Below are positions 9,697 to 18,433 of a DNA stretch of 64,000 bases, piece after piece. The stretch spans positions 26,170 to 90,169 of the forward strand of contig OY969577.1 in the NCBI GenBank assembly GCA_963701235.1. The letters are read 5' to 3'. Within the stretch, counting starts at the first letter, position 1. The number at the start of each line of letters is the position of its first letter. This DNA comes from Candidatus Dormiibacterota bacterium. Lineage in GTDB: Bacteria; Chloroflexota; Dormibacteria; Aeolococcales; Bog-877. The notes under the pieces were generated by a model. That model was not told where the DNA came from. It worked only from the letters and a program-made list of their open reading frames with translations, and ran no database searches. A program made the position numbers and the translations under genes.

Positions 9697-10869
9697 TCAG
9701 AACGAGAAGTCGTCGTAGATGGAGCGGCGACCGCGCTGGTCCCGGTCGCCAGGCTGAACCATCTCGGTCACCCTGCGGGGATGGATGCCGGCGGCGCGAC
9801 CGCGCCATTCTCGAGGAGCCTTACGCGGGCGGGTCCGGGAGGGCCTCGACCTACTGGGAGGCTGGGGCCGACCAGGGCGGGACGGATGCGGGCTTAGTCG
9901 CATCAGCCCGTGCCAGGAAGCATCGAGAAGCGTACCTCCACCTCGAGCCAGGAGCAGGGCCAGCGATAGTAGAACACCGACTGACGCCGGCGTCCGGCGG
10001 CGGACCTGGCGCCAGACAGCCCGGTTGTACAGAACCAGCAGCAGGACCGCGTCCACCAGCAGCAGCGGCGGCACCCAGTTACCCAGCTGGTGAAGCGAGG
10101 CCTGCTGAGCGGCGATAGCCTTCCGGGCCGCCACCACCTGAGCCTCCGCCCGCTGGTAGGCGACCAGCCTGGTGTCGATCTTGGGGATCTGAGGAGCGTA
10201 GGCGAGCATTCCTCTGGCGATCCCGCTGGCGACGGTCGCCCTGAAGCTGGGCTCGGCGAGCAGCTCCGAGTCCTGCTGGTTGCTCATGAAGCCGACCTCG
10301 ACCGTGAGGGCGGGCATGGGGGCATGCACCCAGAGCTGAGGAAGGAGCTGGACGCCACGGTCGCCCATTCCCCCGGGTGCGATCGCAGCCGCCATGTCCG
10401 TGTTCAGGGGCTGGGCCAACGCCATGTCCGTCGAGTGGGGCATGAACACTGTCGCCCCCTCGAGAGAGCCGTCGGTCCAGTCGTTCACCCAGAGACTGAT
10501 CAGCACCCTGGCATGGGCCTTGACTGCGTCGGACTCCGATTTGGCGACGCTGACGAAGGTGTCGGTGGTCCTAGTCATGACAACCTTAACTCCCTGCGCC
10601 TCAAGATCGCGACGAAGGTCGAGGCCCATGGAAAGGGTGACGTTCTTCTCCTTCAGACCGTTGAACGGGGAGATGGCGCCCGGGTCGTAGCCACCATGTC
10701 CGGGCATGATCGCCACCACGTACTGCTGGGGCGGCGTGAGGCGATGGGCGACCAGCGCCGGGGCGTGCTGGGACGCCATGACAGTCCCGGTAACGAGACC
10801 TCCGCCCAGCGCGGCGATCCCGAGGGCCAGGGCTAGGACGTAGGGAGAGTGGGTTGGCCCCTTTCGCAT
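9697..10869 (-). CDS. N-acetylmuramoyl-L-alanine amidase (Amidase_3) with N- and C-terminal membrane segments
   Basis: GHGGYDPGA motif. N-terminal TM is YVLALALGIAALGGGLV. After the catalytic domain come WVPPLLLVDAVLLLVLY, a second hydrophobic stretch, and an Arg/Pro-rich tail of about 90 aa. Confidence 0.8.
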   Translation of the reverse strand: MRKGPTHSPYVLALALGIAALGGGLVTGTVMASQHAPALVAHRLTPPQQYVVAIMPGHGGYDPGAISPFNGLKEKNVTLSMGLDLRRDLEAQGVKVVMTRTTDTFVSVAKSESDAVKAHARVLISLWVNDWTDGSLEGATVFMPHSTDMALAQPLNTDMAAAIAPGGMGDRGVQLLPQLWVHAPMPALTVEVGFMSNQQDSELLAEPSFRATVASGIARGMLAYAPQIPKIDTRLVAYQRAEAQVVAARKAIAAQQASLHQLGNWVPPLLLVDAVLLLVLYNRAVWRQVRRRTPASVGVLLSLALLLARGGGTLLDASWHGLMRLSPHPSRPGRPQPPSRSRPSRTRPRKAPREWRGRAAGIHPRRVTEMVQPGDRDQRGRRSIYDDFSF

Positions 10870-10993
10870 CGCGACCGCGACAGTATAGGCAGGGCAGCAG
10901 ATCTCGGCCATCCGCAGCGGAGGCTCGGAGCCCTGGGGCGAACTCAGCCCAAGTGGCCAGGGTCGAGACGGTCACTAAAACTAAACTCGGACC

Positions 10994-11845
10994 GTGCCAG
11001 AAACGGGGTCAGGATCGGCGGAGATGATCGACCCGCTGGAGCGGCTATTCCAGGCTCCGGGGCTGCCCAAGTACCCACTGCCACGCCTCTTGCAGCGGCT
11101 CTACGGGAGCGAGTTCGGTTTGCCGGCGGACCTTCTCTACAGCAACTTCGTGACCTCGCTCGATGGCGTCGCTGTTGTGGGGCAGTCGTCGGGCTCGACC
11201 CTGAGTGGCAAGAGCCAGGCCGATCGCTTCGTGATGGGGCTGCTGCGCTCAGGCGCCGACGCCATCCTGATTGGCTCAGGGACCCTGGACGCCAGCCCGG
11301 GCCACGTCTGGACCGCTGAGCAAGTCTTCGCACCAGGGGCACGCGCTTTCGCGGAGCTCCGCCAAGCTCTCGGCCTACCGCAGTGGCCCACCCTGGCGGT
11401 GGTGAGCGGGTCTGGCGCGATCGATCTGAACCACCCCGGTCTGGTTCACCATCCCGCCTTGCTGCTGACCTCGGACCAGGGTCGAAAACGCTTGGGCGCG
11501 GCCGGCCACCACGAGGTCATCTCGCTGGGATCGGGACCGGAACTGGACCCGGTCAAGATCACAACGGCCGTCCGGCAAGCCGGCCACCGGATGGTGCTGA
11601 GCGAGGGGGGCCCGCGGCTGCTGGCCCAGCTAGTCGCAGCAGGACAGCTGGATGAGCTGTTTCTCACGGTCTCACCGCTCCTGGCCGGCGGCCCCAAGGG
11701 GGCGCCGAGGAAGGGCTTCATCGACGGCGTCGACCTCCTCGCTGGGAACGCGCCGCCTTGGTTGACTCTGCTAAGCGCTCACCGGCATGGATCTCACCTC
11801 TTCCTGCGCTACCGACTTGGCGAAGCCAGGATCAGTGCCACCTGA
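10994..11845 (+). CDS. RibD C-terminal domain / dihydrofolate-reductase-like pyrimidine reductase family protein
   Basis: SLDGVAVVG..SGKSQADRFVMGLLRSGADAILIGSGTL and MVLSEGGPRL motifs. The start is uncertain (10994 or 11024). Confidence 0.8.
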   Translation: MPETGSGSAEMIDPLERLFQAPGLPKYPLPRLLQRLYGSEFGLPADLLYSNFVTSLDGVAVVGQSSGSTLSGKSQADRFVMGLLRSGADAILIGSGTLDASPGHVWTAEQVFAPGARAFAELRQALGLPQWPTLAVVSGSGAIDLNHPGLVHHPALLLTSDQGRKRLGAAGHHEVISLGSGPELDPVKITTAVRQAGHRMVLSEGGPRLLAQLVAAGQLDELFLTVSPLLAGGPKGAPRKGFIDGVDLLAGNAPPWLTLLSAHRHGSHLFLRYRLGEARISAT

Positions 11846-11909
11846 GCGAGATGGGTTCATTTCTCCCTGGTGGGTATGATCGAAGGTGCAGGTCGAGGGA
11901 GACATCACC

Positions 11910-12323
11910 ATGAACGAAAGAGCCGAAGAGGTCGTTGCCAGCGAGGAGGAGTGGCGCTCACGCCTAACCCCCCAGGAGTACCGCGTGCTCCGAGAGAAGG
12001 GCACTGATCCCGCCTTCCGGGGCGAGTACACCCACCCTGGGCGCAAGGGCCTCTTCCGGTGTGCCGGTTGCGGTGCCGAGCTCTTTATCTCGGACACCCA
12101 GTTCGACTCGGGCTCTGGGTGGCCCAGCTTCACCGAACCCGTCGCCGAGAGTCAGGTCGAGCTTGACGAGGATCGCAGCCTCGGGCAGCTGCGCACCGAG
12201 GTTCGATGCAGCCACTGCGGGGGCCACCTGGGCCATGTCTTCAACGATGGACCGGCCCCCACCGGGGAGCGCTGGTGCATCAACTCAACCAGCATCAAGC
12301 TCGACCCCGAGCCCGCCGCCTGA
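11910..12323 (+). CDS. msrB: Peptide-methionine (R)-S-oxide reductase
   Basis: Two CxxC pairs (CAGCG, CSHCG), the motifs GSGWPSF and GHLGHVFNDGP, and catalytic RWCINS. An alternative GTG start lies at 11886. Confidence 0.95.
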   Translation: MNERAEEVVASEEEWRSRLTPQEYRVLREKGTDPAFRGEYTHPGRKGLFRCAGCGAELFISDTQFDSGSGWPSFTEPVAESQVELDEDRSLGQLRTEVRCSHCGGHLGHVFNDGPAPTGERWCINSTSIKLDPEPAA

Positions 12324-12336
12324 GTCGGCGGGCTGC

Positions 12337-12365
12337 CTGGGGGCGGGATGTGCTCCCAGATTTTT
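12337..12365 (+). terminator. Intrinsic terminator after msrB
   Basis: CTGGGGGC-gggatgt-GCTCCCAG forms an 8-bp stem with one G.U pair, followed by ATTTTT. Confidence 0.65.
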
Positions 12366-12461
12366 AGATCCGATGCGGGCCCTGCCGTTCTTAACTTGAC
12401 CGCCAGAAGCGGGTACTGATTCTCGTCGCTCCACACCCGGCAGTCCATTCCCAGCCTGAGA

Positions 12462-12489
12462 GTGACGAATTTTCACCATGACGTCATGG
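12462..12489. promoter_or_regulatory. Two adjacent palindromes upstream of the PAS-GGDEF-EAL gene
   Basis: GTGA-N7-TCAC at 12462..12476 is followed by the perfect 14-nt palindrome CCATGACGTCATGG at 12476..12489, 33 nt before the ATG at 12522. Confidence 0.3.
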
Positions 12490-12521
12490 AAAGCAAGTCG
12501 CTATCGCCATAGGCTCGAACG

Positions 12522-14372
12522 ATGGGTGACTCAGGGATCGAACCTAGCCATGCGTGGGCTCTCAAGCAGCCGGGCAGCGCGGCACAGCAGCTGGCCGAGC
12601 TGGAGCAGCTGGTCAGCCGTAATTTTGGATTTCCCGATCTCGACCTAACCGAGCATGAGGTGCTCCGCGCCGTGGTAGCTGAGCTGCCGGTGGCACTCAG
12701 TGCGGTCGACCCGCAGGGCAATGTGGTTCTCTGGAACCCAGCCGCCGAGCGACTCCTGGGTTGGCCCGAGGAGGAGGTGCTGGGCCGGGCCCTGCCGGCC
12801 GCTCCAGGGGTCCACCACCGCGACTTCCTACGAATGCTGCGCCGGACCGTCCTCACCGGTCAGGGGGTCCGTGAGTTCGAGACCGCGCGGGTGCATCGGG
12901 ACGGTCATCAGATTCCCATCCTGCTGTCCACCGCCGCCCTCAGGGACCATGGCGGGCGAGTAACCGGGGTGCTCGGCACCTACCTCGACCTCAGCGCCCG
13001 CAAGGCGGTGGAGTCTCAGTTGCGGCGGCAGGCTCAACGTGACAGCCTGACCGGCCTCTATAACCGGCGCGGCTTCCAGGATCTGCTCCAGAAGATGCTG
13101 GAGAGGGAGGGCCAGGACACCGCCATCATCTCGCTGGACCTCGACGACTTCAAGGCGGTCAACGACACCCTTGGCCACCCCGTCGGGGACCAGCTGTTGC
13201 GGGCCTTCGCCAAGCGGCTCCGGGCCGCGGTGAGACCCAGTGACCTGGTCGCCAGGGTCGGCGGCGACGAGTTCACGGTGGTCATGTCCGGGGTCTCCAG
13301 AACTGCCCTGCACGCGACCACCAAGAGGCTGTTCGACCGGCTTGGGCAGTCCTACCTAATCGACGGCCGGGAACTGGTCACCGCCGTCAGCGGAGGAGTC
13401 GCCCTCTGTCGCAAGGCGTCGGAGGCAGACTTCGCGGTCCGCCACGCCGACATCGCGCTCTACCACGCCAAGCAGGTCGCGCGCGGCCGCTTCCAGGTGA
13501 TCGACAAGGGGATGCGGAGTGCGTTTCTGGATCGGGTGGAGCTGGCCGGACACCTGGCTCGCGCAGCGGCTGGGGGCGAGCTACGCCTTCACTTCCAGCC
13601 CATCGTGTCGGCTGGATCCTCCGAGATGGCGGGCATGGAGGCACTGGTTCGCTGGGCTCGGCCTAAGCGCCGGCTAATGCCCCCTGACCAATTCATCACC
13701 CTTGCCGAGCAGACCGGAAGCATCACCGGAATCGGGCGCTGGGTCTTGGATCAAGCCTGCGCCACCCTGCGCACCTGGGATGAGAGTGAACCGCTTAACA
13801 AGGGGCTCACGGTGGCGGTCAACCTCTCGATGGTCCAGCTCCGCGACCACCGGCTGCCCGAAGAGGTGGCCGAGGTTCTGGCCCGGAATCAGTTGGCGCC
13901 AAAGCGGCTCTGCCTCGAAGTCACCGAGAGCGCCCTGAGCGCAGACCCGGAGGCGGAGGCGTCGGTCCTCGAGCGGCTGCACCGACTCGGGGTTCAACTC
14001 GCCCTGGACGACTTCGGGACCGGCAACTCGTCTCTGACGGCGCTGCGCCGCTTTCCCTTCGACATCCTCAAGATCGACCGGTCATTCGTGAGTGGCATCG
14101 GGACTGGGGATCAGGACAGCGCCATCGTGGCCGCCACCATCGGCCTGGGCCAGGCTCTGGGCCTGAAGACCATCGCAGAGGGGGTGGAAACCCAGAGCCA
14201 GGCGGATTTCCTGGTGCGCAATGGCTGCGACGAGCTCCAGGGCTACCTATTCAGCAAGCCGGTCCCCTTCCGGGTTCTCAGCGCCAATCCCCCCATCCTC
14301 AAGCAGCCGGCGCTGAAGGTGGTGCGGGGGCGCCCCACCCCCCGCCGCCGATCGGTGGCTCCGGCCTCCTGA
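12522..14372 (+). CDS. PAS-GGDEF-EAL c-di-GMP turnover protein
   Basis: 616 aa. Contains a PAS-like region, the RPSD I-site five residues before GGDEF (RPSDLVARVGGDEF), the EAL motif EALVRW, and DDFGTG. Confidence 0.9.
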   Translation: MGDSGIEPSHAWALKQPGSAAQQLAELEQLVSRNFGFPDLDLTEHEVLRAVVAELPVALSAVDPQGNVVLWNPAAERLLGWPEEEVLGRALPAAPGVHHRDFLRMLRRTVLTGQGVREFETARVHRDGHQIPILLSTAALRDHGGRVTGVLGTYLDLSARKAVESQLRRQAQRDSLTGLYNRRGFQDLLQKMLEREGQDTAIISLDLDDFKAVNDTLGHPVGDQLLRAFAKRLRAAVRPSDLVARVGGDEFTVVMSGVSRTALHATTKRLFDRLGQSYLIDGRELVTAVSGGVALCRKASEADFAVRHADIALYHAKQVARGRFQVIDKGMRSAFLDRVELAGHLARAAAGGELRLHFQPIVSAGSSEMAGMEALVRWARPKRRLMPPDQFITLAEQTGSITGIGRWVLDQACATLRTWDESEPLNKGLTVAVNLSMVQLRDHRLPEEVAEVLARNQLAPKRLCLEVTESALSADPEAEASVLERLHRLGVQLALDDFGTGNSSLTALRRFPFDILKIDRSFVSGIGTGDQDSAIVAATIGLGQALGLKTIAEGVETQSQADFLVRNGCDELQGYLFSKPVPFRVLSANPPILKQPALKVVRGRPTPRRRSVAPAS

Positions 14373-14379
14373 GACGAGC

Positions 14380-15801
14380 TCAGTCGCCGAGCCCTGTCCC
14401 GGGCAGAGATTCAGCCGGGATCTCCGGCCTCCAGTTCGCCGCGACCGGCTCCGCTCTCGTCTCAGCTCGGGTCGTGAGCAGAGCCAGGATGGCGGCCAGA
14501 CCGAGCAACGGGATCTGGGCCATGTACTCGTCCAAACTCCGCCAGCTCAGCCAGAAGGCAGCGAGCAACAGCACCCCGGCGGCGATCCGCCACTCTGGGC
14601 GGCGCCATCCCCAGAGCAGGATGAGTGCCATGGCCAGGGCGCTAAGGCCGAGCATCAGGTCGCTTGGTGGCGGCCTCAGGATGCCTGCCAAAACCAACTC
14701 GATCGGACCGTATCCGAGTGGGAAGGTGGGAGCGGAAAGGTTGTGCCAGATGGCAGATACCGCGTCGGGGTAGCGGATGAGCCAGGGAACCACGCCGATG
14801 ATCAGGGTGAGAACCGCACTTGTCAGGCGGGGGGCGCGCCCGGTCAGCCGGTAGCAGATGAGCACATAGGCGGGCAGGAAGAAGAATGCCAGCTCATTGG
14901 AGCCGAGGGCGAGTCCCAGACAGACCCCGGAGATGATGGGAAGTCTGACCCAGAGCAATGACAGTGCCATGAACAGGTAGGCGATCGACTCGGCATTGCC
15001 GAAACTGGCGAAATTTAGGGCCGAGCCAGGGATGTAGTAAGTGGCCAGGAAGACCGCCAGTGCCGCCGGCCAGAGGCTTCCCGCGGCGAGCGCCAGCAAA
15101 CTCAGGAAGACCGCCACTGCGAGGAGAGTCCAGAGCGCCCGCGCCACCGCCGGAGCACGGGCGACTGGAATCATCGCCGCAGGATCGAGCGGTGGCTTAC
15201 CGAGTCCCGAGAAGATGGAACTGGTGCCCCCCTTGGCGTCTGCGGATTGAATCGCCGCCACGATCTGAGCGGGAGTGGGATACCCCTGGACTTTGGCCAG
15301 CGAGCCCACCCTGAGCGGGGTGGCCAGAGTGGGCGAGAGGTCCAGCCGCCGCAGGCAACTCAGCTCCGCAACCCGGTAGGGGTCATGCCCGATCGAGATC
15401 GCGCGGGCGCCGCAGACGGCCATGGCATTGGCGTCGTCTATGAGCAGGCGGTTGCGCAGAAGTGCTCCGGCCACCGACATCGACACCAGCACCAGGAGGA
15501 CGGCTAGGACCGCCGGGGCAAGCGCAACCAGCCTCCCCGGTCGCCAGCGCTGGACCCAGTCCGGCAACTCGGCACGGCAACTGACGGCGACGAGGACCAG
15601 GAAGACGGCGAAGGCCACTGCCTGGATTACCCAGTTGGCGATGAATGCCAGATGTCCCGGGATTCGGTCGGACAGCCAGGCCCAGTTGGCGAATCTCAGC
15701 GCGAGCAGGGCTACGAAGAGCAATACCAGGCGGTGGGCACCATTTCCGGGTCGGTCCCACTGCTCCCGCGTCCAGCTCCGCCAACGGCCCAGGATCGTCA
15801 A
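14380..15801 (-). CDS. Polytopic membrane protein, possible GT-C fold glycosyltransferase (DUF2029-like)
   Basis: 473 aa with more than 10 hydrophobic segments. An early loop reads DDANAMAVCGARAISIGHDPY, reminiscent of GT-C/DUF2029 first-loop acidic motifs. TTG start. Confidence 0.5.
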   Translation of the reverse strand: MTILGRWRSWTREQWDRPGNGAHRLVLLFVALLALRFANWAWLSDRIPGHLAFIANWVIQAVAFAVFLVLVAVSCRAELPDWVQRWRPGRLVALAPAVLAVLLVLVSMSVAGALLRNRLLIDDANAMAVCGARAISIGHDPYRVAELSCLRRLDLSPTLATPLRVGSLAKVQGYPTPAQIVAAIQSADAKGGTSSIFSGLGKPPLDPAAMIPVARAPAVARALWTLLAVAVFLSLLALAAGSLWPAALAVFLATYYIPGSALNFASFGNAESIAYLFMALSLLWVRLPIISGVCLGLALGSNELAFFFLPAYVLICYRLTGRAPRLTSAVLTLIIGVVPWLIRYPDAVSAIWHNLSAPTFPLGYGPIELVLAGILRPPPSDLMLGLSALAMALILLWGWRRPEWRIAAGVLLLAAFWLSWRSLDEYMAQIPLLGLAAILALLTTRAETRAEPVAANWRPEIPAESLPGTGLGD

Positions 15802-15965
15802 CCGAAATTGGCCTCCTTAGCTCACCAATGTGGTGGGTTGGCGCCGTCGGACCTCCGGTCCAGCAGTTTGTCAGGCTTCGAGTAGGACCCGCTCCCATCC
15901 CCGACTCTTGGGCGGGTTAACGCCGGCGACTGGGACGCGGCGGACACCGACCGGCTGGGCGGCAA

Positions 15966-17087
15966 TCAGGCCTTGACGATGCCTCCGCCGACCCTCAGGC
16001 CTGCCTCCCACTTGGCTTCGATGTGGCCGAAACGCCAGATGATCAGCGCCAGCGCCCAGGTGAGGATGAATAGTCCCACGATCACAAATCCAGCGGTGTT
16101 GATGTCGAAGCCAGACATGAAATGCCAGAAGGGGCCCTTCAGGTGGAGCTCCACTGGTAGCAGGCCGAGGATCTCGATGGTGCCGATCAGGAAGCAGATC
16201 GCCACCGAGAGGCCGGTGATGGCGAGGTTGTAATAGACCTTGCGGACCGGATTGAAAAAGGCCCAGCCGTAGGCGATGTTCATGAAGCAGCCGTCGAAGG
16301 TGTCCATCAGGGCCATGCCGGCGGTGAACAAGATCGGCAGCGACATGATCGAGTACCAGGGAACCGCCTGTGCGGCCAGCAGCGCGGTAGTCGCCAGCAG
16401 GGCCACCTCGGTCGCGGTATCAAAACCCAGTCCGAACACAACACCCACCGGGTACATCTGCCACGGCTTGCTGATGGCTTTCATCCAGCGGCCGAAGAAG
16501 CGAAACATCAGCCCGCGGTTGTTGAGTTGATCCTCCAATTCAGCCTCGTTGAATTGGCCCTGACGCATCTTTCGGAAAACCGCGAATATGCCAGCGAGGA
16601 TGACGATGTTGAGCACCGCGATCAGGTACAGGAAAGAGGCGGAGACGATGGTCCCAAAGACCCCACCGAACTGCTCCAGTCCCGACGAGTGGTGCGAAAC
16701 CGCAGCGTAAACCGTCTTCTCGGCGACCACCAATCCAGCCCCGATCACGACCACGATGGTGGAGTGCCCCAGCGAGAAGAAATAACCCACGCTCAGCGGC
16801 CGCTGGCCGTCGGACATCAGCTTGCGGGTGGTGTTGTCTATGGCCGAGATGTGGTCGGCGTCGAAGGCATGCCGGAGGCCCAGGGTATAGGCGAGCACAG
16901 TGATTCCGATGCCGAAGCCTCGGTAGTGCTCGGGCAGCACGTAGAGGATGAAGACGCCGAAGCCGACCAGATGGAGCAGCAGGATGGAGGCAAACATGAC
17001 CTGCGCCCGTCGCCACTCCGCGGGCGACAGAGCCTGGCGGATGCGCTGGATCCGCCCCTGGGTCGCGACCCCCTCGAGAGCGGCCAC
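15966..17087 (-). CDS. HoxN/HupN/NixA family nickel/cobalt transporter (NiCoT)
   Basis: Signature HAFDADH (HX4DH) in GLRHAFDADHISAIDN. Preferred start is the GTG at 17087, preceded by GGGAGGAG with a 6-nt spacer. The tracked ORF runs to 17219. Confidence 0.9.
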   Translation of the reverse strand: MAALEGVATQGRIQRIRQALSPAEWRRAQVMFASILLLHLVGFGVFILYVLPEHYRGFGIGITVLAYTLGLRHAFDADHISAIDNTTRKLMSDGQRPLSVGYFFSLGHSTIVVVIGAGLVVAEKTVYAAVSHHSSGLEQFGGVFGTIVSASFLYLIAVLNIVILAGIFAVFRKMRQGQFNEAELEDQLNNRGLMFRFFGRWMKAISKPWQMYPVGVVFGLGFDTATEVALLATTALLAAQAVPWYSIMSLPILFTAGMALMDTFDGCFMNIAYGWAFFNPVRKVYYNLAITGLSVAICFLIGTIEILGLLPVELHLKGPFWHFMSGFDINTAGFVIVGLFILTWALALIIWRFGHIEAKWEAGLRVGGGIVKA

Positions 17088-17291
17088 TCTGTACTCCTCC
17101 CACCTGGGCTCCGGACTTACCCCACCAAGGCGGACGCTAGCACAGTTGCATCTCGGTAGCAAGTAGTTGGAGACAGCAGTTACAGACCTGATGCGGTTGA
17201 GTTGGTCTGCGAGGACCAAAGCCGCCGGGCTGAGGTCTAGGAGCGCTAGCGGACTAGGGCTTCGCTCTCCCCAGGATCTCCAAGCCGGGAT
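17088..17291 (-). promoter_or_regulatory. 204-nt leader/intergenic region between clpP and the NiCoT gene
   Basis: Non-coding if the SD-supported GTG at 17087 is the start. Contains local stems such as CAGACC-N16-GGTCTG. No riboswitch class could be assigned by eye. Confidence 0.3.
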
Positions 17292-17972
17292 CTAGCTGGT
17301 CGCGGCCAACTGCAGCTCTTCCAGAGCTGGCTTGATCACCGGAGCCGAGAGGCCTCGTCTGGGAGCCAGGATCTCGTCGATGAGCCCGTATCCCAGCGCC
17401 TCCTCGGCGGTCAGGTAGTAGTCGCGCTCGATGTCGCGCTTGACCTGGTCGAGCGGTCGGCCCGAATGATGGGCCAGGATCTGGGCCATTCGCTCGGTGT
17501 TGGCCAGTACCTCCCGCAGCTGGATCTCCATATCGCTGGGCGCTCCTCGGGTGCCGGCGGAGCCCTGGTGGATCATAATCTTGGAGCTGGGCAGTGCCAT
17601 CCGCTTGCCCTTGGCACCGCCGCTGAGAACCATCGCCGCGGCCGACATCGCCATCCCTATGCAGAGCGTCGAGACCTCGCACTGAACGTGCTGCATGACG
17701 TCGTAAATGGCGAGCCCGGCGTAGGCGAGGCCGCCGGGCGAGTTGATGTAAAGGTGAATGTCCCGTTCGGGGTCCTGGCCCTCTAGATAGAGGATCTCGG
17801 CCACCAGCAGATTGGCAATCTGGTCGTCGACCTCCTGGCCGAGAAAGACGATTCGCTCCTTCAGAAGCAGCGAGTAGATGTCGTAGGCTCGCTCGCCCCG
17901 CATCGACTGGTCGAGGACTGTCGGAATGACCGAAGCTGCCAGCGGGTCGACTCCAGTCTTGCGCCAGTCCAT
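17292..17972 (-). CDS. clpP: ATP-dependent Clp protease proteolytic subunit
   Basis: 226 aa. The Ser-His-Asp contexts are present (GMAMSAAA, IMIHQG, ERDYYLTAEEA), as is INSPGG. SD GGAGG lies 9 nt before the ATG. Confidence 0.95.
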   Translation of the reverse strand: MDWRKTGVDPLAASVIPTVLDQSMRGERAYDIYSLLLKERIVFLGQEVDDQIANLLVAEILYLEGQDPERDIHLYINSPGGLAYAGLAIYDVMQHVQCEVSTLCIGMAMSAAAMVLSGGAKGKRMALPSSKIMIHQGSAGTRGAPSDMEIQLREVLANTERMAQILAHHSGRPLDQVKRDIERDYYLTAEEALGYGLIDEILAPRRGLSAPVIKPALEELQLAATS

Positions 17973-17982
17973 CTATCCTTGC

Positions 17983-18032
17983 CTCCAGATACCTGGGTAT
18001 CTCCAGATCGATATCTCTACTATAGGATATCG
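17983..18032. promoter_or_regulatory. Operator/promoter candidates in the clpP / XRE divergent region
   Basis: Direct repeat CTCCAGAT at 17983..17990 and 18001..18008. Inverted repeat AGATACC-TG-GGTATCT at 17987..18002. Inverted repeat CGATATC-N10-GATATCG at 18009..18032. On the clpP strand the N10 spacer contains a TATAGT -10-like hexamer (18019..18024). Confidence 0.45.
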
Positions 18033-18079
18033 AATAAGAGATGCCCACAGGACAGGCAGTTACACTCGCGGAGGGTCAG

Positions 18080-18355
18080 ATGGGCGGTCGCTCCCACGAT
18101 CCGGTCTTCCCCGGCTTCTCGGAAATGGCGGCTCGACGCCGGAGTCTGTCATCTGAGTTGACGGCGCGTCGGGTAAAGCTGGGGCTGTCGCAGACCGAGG
18201 TCGCCGCTCGAATGGGCACATCCCAGTCCGCGGTTGCGCGCCTCGAATCGGGCGCATCCGACGTGCGCTTCTCGACCCTGGAGCGATACGCGGAGGCAAT
18301 CGACCAGCAGCTGGCCTGGCGGCTGCGAGCGCGCGTGGATGACGACCGGGGCTGA
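18080..18355 (+). CDS. XRE-family helix-turn-helix transcriptional regulator
   Basis: HTH core LGLSQTEVAARMGTSQSAVARLESG. The ATG at 18080 is preceded by GGAGGG. Alternative starts lie at 18041 and 18125. Confidence 0.8.
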   Translation: MGGRSHDPVFPGFSEMAARRRSLSSELTARRVKLGLSQTEVAARMGTSQSAVARLESGASDVRFSTLERYAEAIDQQLAWRLRARVDDDRG

Positions 18356-18433
18356 GCCGGCCGATCCCGCACCACGACGCGCAGATCGGGACTTGTCCCA
18401 GGCCTGCGGTCGGAGCGACTCCTGGCACCGACG

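Noticed and set aside
17973-18125. A canonical ClgR operator (CGC-N5-GCG core) in the clpP upstream region.
   Set aside because: I searched by eye and found none. The region carries different palindromes, reported separately.
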